A stretch of 64,000 nucleotides of DNA from an uncultured Chloroflexia bacterium. GTDB taxonomy: Bacteria > Chloroflexota > Anaerolineae > Promineifilales > UBA4811. Position numbers and translations under genes: made by a program. The notes below the pieces were generated by a model. That model was not told the origin of the DNA. It did no database searches and saw nothing but the letters and a program-made list of their open reading frames with translations. The stretch lies in contig CAVPPE010000001.1 in assembly GCA_963707345.1 (NCBI GenBank), positions 599,025 through 663,024 of the forward strand, written 5' to 3'. Of this stretch, positions 40,537 to 49,945 are shown piece by piece. Within the stretch, counting starts at the first letter, position 1, and each line of letters begins with the position of its first letter.

Positions 40537-41639
40537 TAGAAATGGGCCTCAAAGCCGGCGATGTTCAACTCGTCCCGCATGGTTTCCAGCTCCTGGCGCA
40601 GGTTTTTGTTGACCGGGATGCCCTGCTGCCGGACGATAGCCTGCATGTCGTGCTCCTTCTCACCGGCCACGTAGATACGCTCCTGGCCGGGCGCCTTGCG
40701 CGAGGCTTGTAATGCCCGCATGATGCCACCGGTGATCTGCCGCGAAAGTTCCAGCGGGACAAAATGCTCGATGTCGATGGCCAGGAAAAAGTGGCCCAGC
40801 ATGTACGGCCGGCGGGAACCGTCCGGCGCAAAACCCAACAGCTCCTTCATGAATTCCCCGCCGGCCAGTGATGCCGAAAGAATCTCGACCATCGTGGCCA
40901 GGTCATACCCCTTGTAACCGGCATACAATTCACCCGCACCGCCCAGCGGGAGCAGGGCGGCCTGGTCTTTACCCATGTCTTGCAGGATGCGGCCGGGGTC
41001 GGTGGCCGGGTTGCCCTCGGCGTCGATCACCCAGCCCTCCGGAATGGGCTTTTCCGCGCGCTCGGCTACCTCGATTTTGCCCCGCTGGCTGATGGAAGTG
41101 GCGCCATCGAAGCAAAAGGGGAAGCCGTGGTCCGATGGGGCCGCAAAAGCAATCGGGTTGGTCCCCAGCATCGGTTCCGTGCCGTGGGTGGGCGCTATCG
41201 CCGGCCGAGCGTTGGTCACGGTAAAGCCCATCATCCCCTCCTGGGCGGCCATCAATGGATAGTAGCCGGCAATCCCAAAGTGGGTTCCGTTGCGCACGGC
41301 GACGGCTCCCAGCCCGTGCTGGCGGGCTTTGTCGATGGCCATACGCATTGCGCGGTGGGCAATCACGTGACCCATGCCGTGGCGGCCGTCAATCAGCGCG
41401 GTAGTCTCGGTCTCTTTGACAAGTTCGATCTCGGTTTGGGTGGATTGGACTCCCGCCTTGATGCGGTCATAGTAGTACTTGAGCCGGCCGACGCCGTGGG
41501 ATTCGATCCCGCGCAGGTCGGAAGCGATCAGCACGTCGGCGCAGATGCGGGCGTCGGCCGGAGGCGTGCCCAATCCCTCAAAGACGGCGACCATAAAATC
41601 GCATACGACATTGATTGGAAGATAGTTGGTTGCGTCCAT
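40536..41639 (-). CDS. Ldh2-family (malate/L-lactate dehydrogenase type 2) oxidoreductase
   Basis: 367 aa with …[17 protein letters not shown]… and …[13 protein letters not shown]…, typical of Ldh_2. Confidence 0.85.
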   Translation of the reverse strand: MDATNYLPINVVCDFMVAVFEGLGTPPADARICADVLIASDLRGIESHGVGRLKYYYDRIKAGVQSTQTEIELVKETETTALIDGRHGMGHVIAHRAMRMAIDKARQHGLGAVAVRNGTHFGIAGYYPLMAAQEGMMGFTVTNARPAIAPTHGTEPMLGTNPIAFAAPSDHGFPFCFDGATSISQRGKIEVAERAEKPIPEGWVIDAEGNPATDPGRILQDMGKDQAALLPLGGAGELYAGYKGYDLATMVEILSASLAGGEFMKELLGFAPDGSRRPYMLGHFFLAIDIEHFVPLELSRQITGGIMRALQASRKAPGQERIYVAGEKEHDMQAIVRQQGIPVNKNLRQELETMRDELNIAGFEAHF

Positions 41640-41681
41640 TGGCCAGAAATTGCTCCTCTATGGTTTCTTTACACGTGCCAA

Positions 41682-43537
<1,856 letters not shown>

Positions 43538-43643
43538 GCGGCCTTCACCACGGCAAAACAGGGAAACACCTTGGGTATTTTGCCCGGTTTTGCTACTGGA
43601 TTTCTGTTGTTGGATTCGTCGCAGTGAGTCTGTCGCCGAACCT

Positions 43644-44745
43644 TTAACCTTTCACCGATCCGGCCAGCAGGCCGCGCACGAAGTAACGTTGCAGCGAGAA
43701 GAACACGACCAATGGCAGGATCATGGTCACGAACGCCCCGGCCGTCAGCAGTTGCCAGTCGTTGCCGAACGTGCCCGTCAGGTCGGCCAGCCGTTGGGTG
43801 ACGACTTTGAAGGTGGGGTCGGTCCCCAGAAAAGTCAGGGCGACCAGGTAGTCGTTCCACACCCACAGGAACTGGAAAATGGCAAAGGATGCCAGGGCCG
43901 GGACCGACAGCGGCAGGATCAGCTTCGAAGAAGATGGTGAAATGGGAAGCGCCGTCGATGAAAGCTGATTCCAGCGTCTCGCGCGGCAGGGTGCTGACAT
44001 AGTTGAAGAGCAGGTAGGTTGCCAGAGCCAGGCCAAAGCCCGTGTGGGCCAGCCAGATGGCCAGGAAGGTGCCATTCAGGTTCAAGGCTTTGTAGTCGCG
44101 CAGGATGGGTACCAGGGCGATCTGCAGCGGCACGACCAGCAAGCCGACCACCAGGATGAACATCAACCGCCGGCCCGGGAAGTTCATCCAGGCAAAAGCG
44201 TAGGCGGCAAAGGCGGCGATCAGGATGGGAATGACGGTCGAAGGGATGGAGACTGCCAGGCTGTTTAGAAACGCCTGTGACATATCCTGGCCAGGTAATG
44301 TCTCTGTCGAACCATCAGGATTTGTGATCTGAACGCCACTTCCCAGCAGAACCTGCTTGTAGTTGTCCAGGGTGAAATCCGAGGTTACAGTCCAAATCTG
44401 TTTTTGAACCTCGATGCGGCCCAGGCTCTTGTTGCCGATCCAGGTGACGCGCGTATCGCCGTCGGGCGATTGAACACCTGCGCGCAGTTCATCAAAGGTC
44501 CCCGTGACGCCCTCCACCTCCATCACGCCGTCGGGATCCAGGCCGAGTTGCTTGGGATCCACGGTGCTCACCATTTCCCATTCCCGGTGGGGAAGGATGT
44601 CCCACCAGCCGGAACTCTGGATGTCAGAACGGGTGCGAAAGGAGGAGACCAGCAACCCGAGCGTGGGGATGCTCCAGATGATCACCACGAGGGCAAGCGC
44701 GCCGTTGACCAGCAGGGGTCCAGTCCACTTTCTTTGCTTTTTCAT
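43644..44745 (-). CDS. Carbohydrate ABC transporter permease (MalG-type, with a large periplasmic insertion), apparent +1 frameshift near 43926
   Basis: ORFs 43447..44745 and 43644..44075 join as …ESAFIDGASHFTIFF|(K/E)LILPLSVPALASFAIFQFLWVWNDY…. The EAA-loop region is present. Span length is 3n+1. Confidence 0.85.
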
Positions 44746-44746
44746 G

Positions 44747-45911
44747 TCAGAACGCCTCCTGTTGCCGGAACTGCCGCAAGTTGTAGATCATCACCGGGAT
44801 GACGGTGATGAGCAGGACGATGGCGATGGCGCCGCCATACCCCGAGTTGCGGGCCGTGAACGCTTGGCGGTAGAACTGGGTGGCAATGACGTGAGTGCCA
44901 TACTGCCCGCCGGTCATGACCCAAACAATGTCGAATATCTTCAGGGTAAAGATTACGACCGTCGTCCACACGGTGATGATGGTGCCCATGATGTAGGGGA
45001 TCATGATCCTGAAAAAGACCTGGATCTCGGTGGCGCCGTCCATGCGGGCGGCCTCCAGGATTTCCTCGGGGATGCCCTTCAGGGCGGCCGAGAACAGCAC
45101 CATGGCGAACCCCGCTTGCAGCCAGACGACGATGAGGATCAGGAACAGGTTATTCCAGGGTTGAATCGCAACCCATTTGTCCCAAAGGATGGGGTCTATG
45201 CCCACGGTTACCAGGAGAGCATTCAACAGGCCAATTTGAGGTTGGCCGACGGGCTGTAATTCGTACATAAAGTTCCAGATGACGCTGGCGCCCACAAACG
45301 AGATGGCCATCGGCAGAAAGATGAGCGACTTGGCGACGCGCTCGAATTTGCTCCGGTCGGCCAGCGTGGCGACCACCAGGCCAGAGACGACCGACAAGGT
45401 GCTGCCAAAGACGATCCACATCAGGTTGTTGCGCAACGCCTCGGTCAGCAGGCGCTCGGAAAAGACGGCCACATAGTTCTGAAAGCCAACAAAGGCGTCG
45501 CTGGCGAAGGTCTGGAAAAAGCCAACGCCGGGCGGAGGTCCATCCCGGCCGAAAAGGCTCAGATAGAAGGTGCGCAACGACGGCACCGCCAGGTACCAGA
45601 TCAGAATGGCCATCGCCGGGCCGACGAACACAAAGGGCTGGAGCCGCTCTGTCCATTCGTCGGGCAGCCGTTCGACGATGCTGTTGAACACCCAGTAGAG
45701 AAGGGCCACCCCGCCGACGCCCCAGACGATGGCTACAGCGGCGGTCACCCATTTGGGCGCGTTGCTGTCGCGCAAAAAGATGAACCCGTAATAGATCACC
45801 GCAAAGGCGATGAGGGGGATAACCACGGCTATCACAGACGCGCCCAAGCCAGGCCACGAACCTGGCCGCGACGCTGCCGCTGTCCTCTTGCACTGCTTTG
45901 TACTGTGCCAT
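44747..45911 (-). CDS. Carbohydrate ABC transporter permease (MalF-type); the N-terminus probably needs a +1 frame correction
   Basis: The ORF-track start (TTG 45847) has no RBS. ATG 45911 has AAGGAG 7 nt upstream but lies in the adjacent frame (MAQYKAVQEDSGSVAA…). The span 44747..45911 is 3n+1. Confidence 0.8.
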
Positions 45912-45927
45912 GAGCCAACTCCTTGTT

Positions 45928-45964
45928 TGCAAGACTGCCAGCCCGAAGAGGGCTGGCAGTCTTG
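45928..45964 (-). other. Perfect 16-bp intercistronic stem-loop between the SBP and permease genes
   Basis: GCAAGACTGCCAGCCC-(5 nt)-GGGCTGGCAGTCTTGC. No U-tract follows on the mRNA strand, so it looks like an mRNA-stabilising or decoupling hairpin rather than a full terminator. Confidence 0.6.
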
Positions 45965-45978
45965 CTTATCATGTTACA

Positions 45979-48675
45979 CTACCTGGGCCAGGAGGCGTCG
46001 ATTTCGGCCAGGACGGTGTCGAGGTCGGCCGCGCCGCTGACATAGTCGGTCATGCCGGTCCAGAAGGAGCCAGCGCCGACTTCGCCGGGCATCAGGTCCG
46101 AGCCGTCGAAGCGGAAGCTGGTGGCTTCGAGGACCAGGGCAGCGATGCCGCGTTCCAGGTCCACGCCGTACATGTCGGGCGTGGCGGTCAGGTGGGCGGC
46201 CAGTGCGCCGCCGTTGGTCAGCCAGCCGGAGGCGGACTGCGGGGTGGTAAAGTACTCCATCAGGGCCCGCACTTCGGGGCGATCGTTGAACATGGACATC
46301 AGGTCGCCGGCGACGAGGAAGGGCTTGCCGTACTGGTCGTTGACGGGCGGGAGGTAGAAGAAGTCATAGTCGACGCCGGCCTGGGCGCCTTCGGGGAAGA
46401 AGCCGGTGATAAAGTTGCCCTGCCGGTGCATCCAGCACTTGGGCGGGTCCTCGAACATGGGGGCCGGGGAATCGCCAAAGAAGGTGGAGACGATGGCGTC
46501 GGTGCCGCCGTAGACATAGTCGGGGTTGAACCAGATCTCGCTCCAGGTCTCGATGGCGTTCTTGACCTCGGGCGAGGAGAAGGGCAGGGTACCGGCGACC
46601 CAGGCGTCATAGTTCTCCAGGGAGGTGGTGCGGAGCATCAACTCCTCGGTCCAGTCGGTGGCTGCCCAGCCGGTGGCCGCGCCCGACTCGATGCCGATGC
46701 ACCAGGCGGTGTCACCGTCGTCGGCGATCTGCTGGGTGAGGGCCAGGAGTTCGTCCCAGGTGGTGGGGACCTGGTAGCCAGCGGCGTCAAAGTCGTCCTT
46801 GGGGTACCAGACGAGGCTCTTGCCGTTGAAGCGGTGCCAGACGCCGCCGACCATCAGTTGGCCGTCCGGCGCTTCGATCATGGCCATGTCGAGCCAGCTC
46901 TGGTTGTACTGCTGCTTGAGCCAGCTTTCCGGGATCCAGGTGGTGGGGTCGACGATGTGGCCCTGGCGGGCGTAGCCGGCCGCCTTGCCTGGCTGGGGAA
47001 AGTCGGCGATGTCGGGGGCGTCGCCAGCGTCCACCGCGATGGACAGACGGGCCTCGAACTCTTTGTCGCCGATGTAGTTGACGGTGATGCCGGTGGCCTC
47101 TTCAAAGGCCGCCACGGACTCGAAGAAGCGCAGGTCATCGGGGTTGGTGAAGGGGCCATCCACGGTGACTTCGGTGCCGGCGTACTCGCCAGCGATGGCC
47201 TTCTCCAGGTAGCCGCCCGGCAGCACCGGAAAGCCTCCCGCTTCGGAGGGCGGGGCTTGCCCGGAGACACCCGCTGGCCAGGAGGCGTCGATTTCGGCCA
47301 GGACGGTGTCGAGGTCGGCCGCGCCGCTGACATAGTCGGTCATGCCGGTCCAGAAGGAGCCAGCGCCAACTTCGCCGGGCATCAGGTCCGAGCCGTCGAA
47401 GCGGAAGCTGGTGGCTTCGAGGACCAGGGCAGCGATGCCGCGTTCCAGGTCCACGCCGTACATGTCGGGCGTGGCGGTCAGGTGGGCGGCCAGTGCGCCG
47501 CCGTTGGTCAGCCAGCCGGAGGCGGACTGCGGGGTGGTAAAGTACTCCATCAGGGCCCGCACTTCGGGGCGATCGTTGAACATGGACATCAGGTCGCCGG
47601 CGACGAGGAAGGGCTTGCCGTACTGGTCGTTGACGGGCGGGAGGTAGAAGAAGTCATAGTCGACGCCGGCCTGGGCGCCTTCGGGGAAGAAGCCGGTGAT
47701 AAAGTTGCCCTGCCGGTGCATCCAGCACTTGGGCGGGTCCTCGAACATGGGGGCCGGGGAATCGCCAAAGAAGGTGGAGACGATGCCGTCGGTGCCGCCG
47801 TAGACATAGTCGGGGTTGAACCAGATCTCGCTCCAGGTCTCGATGGCGTTCTTGACCTCGGGTGAGGAGAAGGGCAGGGTACCGGCGACCCAGGCGTCAT
47901 AGTTCTCCAGGGAGGTGGTGCGGAGCATCAACTCCTCGGTCCAGTCGGTGGCTGCCCAGCCGGTGGCCGCGCCCGACTCGAAGCCGATGCACCAGGCGGT
48001 GTCACCGTCGTCGGCGATCTGCTGGGTGAGGGCCAGGAGTTCGTCCCAGGTGGTGGGGACCTGGTAGCCAGCGGCGTCAAAGTCGTCCTTGGGGTACCAG
48101 ACGAGGCTCTTGCCGTTGAAGCGGTGCCAGACGCCGCCGACCATCAGTTGGCCGTCCGGCGCTTCGATCATGGCCATGTCGAGCCAGCTCTGGTTGTACT
48201 GTTGCTTGAGCCAGCTTTCCGGGATCCAGGTGGTGGGGTCGACGATGTGGCCCTGGCGGGCGTAGCCGGCCGCCTTGCCTGGCTGGGGAAAGTCGGCGAT
48301 GTCGGGGGCGTCGCCAGCGTCCACCGCGATGGACAGACGGGCCTCGAACTCTTTGTCGCCGATGTAGTTGACGGTGATGCCGGTGGCCTCTTCAAAGGCC
48401 GCCACGGACTCGAAGAAGCGCAGGTCATCGGGGTTGGTAAAGGGGCCATCCACGGTGACTTCGGTGCCGGCGTACTCGCCAGCGATGGCCTTCTCCAGGT
48501 AGCCGCCCGGCAGCACCGGAAAGTCCACCTCGGGCATGGGTTCGGTTGGTTTCGTTTCCACGGCCGTCGGCTCGGCCGGTTTGGGGGTGGCAGTTGGCTC
48601 TTTGGTGCCGCATGCCACCAGAATGACGCTCAAGGCGAGCGCCAGGGTAAGTAGAGCAAAGCTCCAGCGTTTCAT
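45979..48675 (-). CDS. ABC carbohydrate substrate-binding lipoprotein containing two complete, near-identical SBP modules in tandem
   Basis: 898 aa with one lipoprotein signal (…SVILVAC|G). The module FPVLPGGYLEKAIAGEY…LAEIDASWP (416 aa) occurs twice, joined by AGVSGQAPPSEAGG. Confidence 0.85.
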   Translation of the reverse strand: MKRWSFALLTLALALSVILVACGTKEPTATPKPAEPTAVETKPTEPMPEVDFPVLPGGYLEKAIAGEYAGTEVTVDGPFTNPDDLRFFESVAAFEEATGITVNYIGDKEFEARLSIAVDAGDAPDIADFPQPGKAAGYARQGHIVDPTTWIPESWLKQQYNQSWLDMAMIEAPDGQLMVGGVWHRFNGKSLVWYPKDDFDAAGYQVPTTWDELLALTQQIADDGDTAWCIGFESGAATGWAATDWTEELMLRTTSLENYDAWVAGTLPFSSPEVKNAIETWSEIWFNPDYVYGGTDGIVSTFFGDSPAPMFEDPPKCWMHRQGNFITGFFPEGAQAGVDYDFFYLPPVNDQYGKPFLVAGDLMSMFNDRPEVRALMEYFTTPQSASGWLTNGGALAAHLTATPDMYGVDLERGIAALVLEATSFRFDGSDLMPGEVGAGSFWTGMTDYVSGAADLDTVLAEIDASWPAGVSGQAPPSEAGGFPVLPGGYLEKAIAGEYAGTEVTVDGPFTNPDDLRFFESVAAFEEATGITVNYIGDKEFEARLSIAVDAGDAPDIADFPQPGKAAGYARQGHIVDPTTWIPESWLKQQYNQSWLDMAMIEAPDGQLMVGGVWHRFNGKSLVWYPKDDFDAAGYQVPTTWDELLALTQQIADDGDTAWCIGIESGAATGWAATDWTEELMLRTTSLENYDAWVAGTLPFSSPEVKNAIETWSEIWFNPDYVYGGTDAIVSTFFGDSPAPMFEDPPKCWMHRQGNFITGFFPEGAQAGVDYDFFYLPPVNDQYGKPFLVAGDLMSMFNDRPEVRALMEYFTTPQSASGWLTNGGALAAHLTATPDMYGVDLERGIAALVLEATSFRFDGSDLMPGEVGAGSFWTGMTDYVSGAADLDTVLAEIDASWPR
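45986..47233. repeat. 1248-bp direct repeat, copy 1 (encodes the C-terminal SBP module)
   Basis: Aligns with 47276..48523 at an offset of exactly 1290 nt, with 6 mismatches by my reading. Confidence 0.9.
47276..48523. repeat. 1248-bp direct repeat, copy 2 (encodes the N-terminal SBP module)
   Basis: Mismatches relative to copy 1 are at 47368, 47786, 47863, 47982, 48202 and 48439. A unique 42-bp linker (47234-47275) lies between the copies. Confidence 0.9.
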
Positions 48676-48776
48676 TGTTTACTCCTCCTAAATTGCTAAC
48701 GGATACAACATTGAGATTGCGTGTCGAGTGTGTTGTGTTGTAGTGACCTCACCTCCTTGGAAAAAAGTTTGTGGTT

Positions 48777-49796
48777 TTAGCTTTTGGCGGGTGGTGCGGT
48801 TGTGTTCCGCACTACCAATTCGGTAGGCAGCACTTGGCATACGGGTTCCGATTGAGAATCCTCAAGTGCTTGCAGGAGCAGGTGCACGCCCCGTTCGCCT
48901 GATTCGTACAATAACTGCCGGATGGTCGTGAGGCCGAGGAATTCGGCCACTTCGATGTCGTCATATCCAATGATGGATAAATCCTGCGGAACCTGGAGGT
49001 TCAAGTCGCGTGCTGCCTCCACAACCCCCATTGCCTGGGTATCACTGGCGGCAAAAAACGCGGTCGGTGGCTCGGAAAGCTCCAGCAGTCCGCGAGCCAT
49101 CCAGCGCGCTTCTGCCCGGCCGTGCTGGACCAAGCGCAGATATTCGGGCCGCAACGGGATTCCGGCCGCTTCCAATGCCTGTCGATAGCCAAGCTGCCGG
49201 TCGGCACTGGAAGTAAAGTTGAATCCTTCGTTGGGAAGATCGCCGATGAAAGTGATGCGTCGGTGGCCCAACTCGATCAGGTATTCGGTGGCTTTCCGGC
49301 CGCCTTCCTTATCATCCACCAACACCCGGCTGAAGGATGCCAGGGCAGGGTGGTGGGCATCGACGAGGACAATCGGGACGGCCGAGGTTGACAATGTTTC
49401 GACGTCGTCATCGCGCGGGTTGAGTGCAAAGATGATCACGCCATCGACCCTCTCCCGGCGGGGCACATCGCGAAAACAGATGTCTCGCCGTTCCGGTGTT
49501 TCGACGTTGTAAATAATCAGGTCGTATTGGCTCTCGGTCAGCGCGTTTTCCACGCCGCGCAGCCGTTCCACAAACGACGGCCGGGTGAAAAAGGGAGTGA
49601 TGACACCAATGGTGAGGGTCTTTCCCAATGAGAGGCGGCGGGCAATTGGGCTGGGCGAAAAGTTCAACTCCTCGATGACTTCCAGGACGCGCAGACGCGT
49701 TGCTTCGCTGACAAGCGGGCTGTTGTTGAGCACTCGCGATACCGTGCCAAGGCCGACCCCGGCTTGTTGAGCCACATCTCGGATTGTCACGGCCAT
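48777..49796 (-). CDS. LacI-family transcriptional regulator
   Basis: Start at MAVTIRDVAQQAGVGLGTVSRVLNN (HTH), followed by a periplasmic-binding-protein-like sugar-binding core. 339 aa. The longer ORF-track N-terminus is rejected. Confidence 0.9.
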   Translation of the reverse strand: MAVTIRDVAQQAGVGLGTVSRVLNNSPLVSEATRLRVLEVIEELNFSPSPIARRLSLGKTLTIGVITPFFTRPSFVERLRGVENALTESQYDLIIYNVETPERRDICFRDVPRRERVDGVIIFALNPRDDDVETLSTSAVPIVLVDAHHPALASFSRVLVDDKEGGRKATEYLIELGHRRITFIGDLPNEGFNFTSSADRQLGYRQALEAAGIPLRPEYLRLVQHGRAEARWMARGLLELSEPPTAFFAASDTQAMGVVEAARDLNLQVPQDLSIIGYDDIEVAEFLGLTTIRQLLYESGERGVHLLLQALEDSQSEPVCQVLPTELVVRNTTAPPAKS

Positions 49797-49814
49797 CGAA
49801 TCCTCATCCTCACC

Positions 49815-49842
49815 TGGAACCGGTTCCATGGAACCGGTTCCA
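49815..49842. promoter_or_regulatory. Two adjacent perfect 14-bp palindromes, TGGAACCGGTTCCA x2 (putative LacI-family operators)
   Basis: 49815-49828 and 49829-49842 are each perfectly self-complementary and abut each other. They begin at the last base of the lacI -10 box. Confidence 0.7.
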
Positions 49843-49871
49843 TTATAGCATGACTCGCATTTCTTTGTCAA
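49842..49871 (-). promoter_or_regulatory. lacI promoter: consensus TTGACA, 18 nt, extended -10 TGcTATAAT
   Basis: Minus strand reads TTGACAaagaaatgcgagtcaTGcTATAATGGAACCGG…. Confidence 0.7.
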
Positions 49872-49884
49872 ACATTTGTACGCT

Positions 49885-49912
49885 TTGCCGGCCGGGCTCG
49901 TTGGGGTACAAT
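49885..49912 (+). promoter_or_regulatory. Candidate promoter of the STAND-SARP regulator gene (TTGCCG, 16 nt, TACAAT)
   Basis: TTGCCG at 49885-49890 and TACAAT at 49907-49912, upstream of an AGGAG RBS and GTG 49946. Confidence 0.4.
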
Positions 49913-49945
49913 CTGTGCGAAACCAAAGGCTGGAATAGGAGTGCG

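Noticed and set aside
45898-47865. Very long ORFs antisense to recognised genes. Examples: 45898..47865 + (655 aa), 13153..14286 -, 38704..40155 +, 56916..58487 -, 10458..11855 -, 40980..42365 +, 51878..53419 -, 35683..36879 +.
   Set aside because: Each lies opposite a gene with clear homology. Their translations are low-complexity and Arg/Gly/Pro/Ala/His-rich, as expected for stop-poor shadow frames in GC-rich DNA. None has an RBS or a recognisable domain.
45986-48523. The 1.25-kb direct repeats as copies of an IS or other mobile element.
   Set aside because: Both copies are entirely coding, in frame, and encode a sugar-binding-protein fold. There are no transposase, no terminal inverted repeats and no target-site duplications.
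48694-48707. TGCTAACGGATACA upstream of the SBP gene as a second operator for the LacI regulator.
   Set aside because: It matches the TGGAACCGGTTCCA palindrome at only about 9 of 14 positions and its half-site symmetry is poor. It is too weak to call without a genome-wide motif model.
49784-49945. N-terminal 54-codon extension of the regulator ORF (ORF-track start 49784).
   Set aside because: It would overlap the lacI start, the operators and both divergent promoters, and the extension is not protein-like. An AGGAG RBS plus GTG 49946 (or ATG 49973) downstream of a TTGCCG/TACAAT promoter is more plausible.
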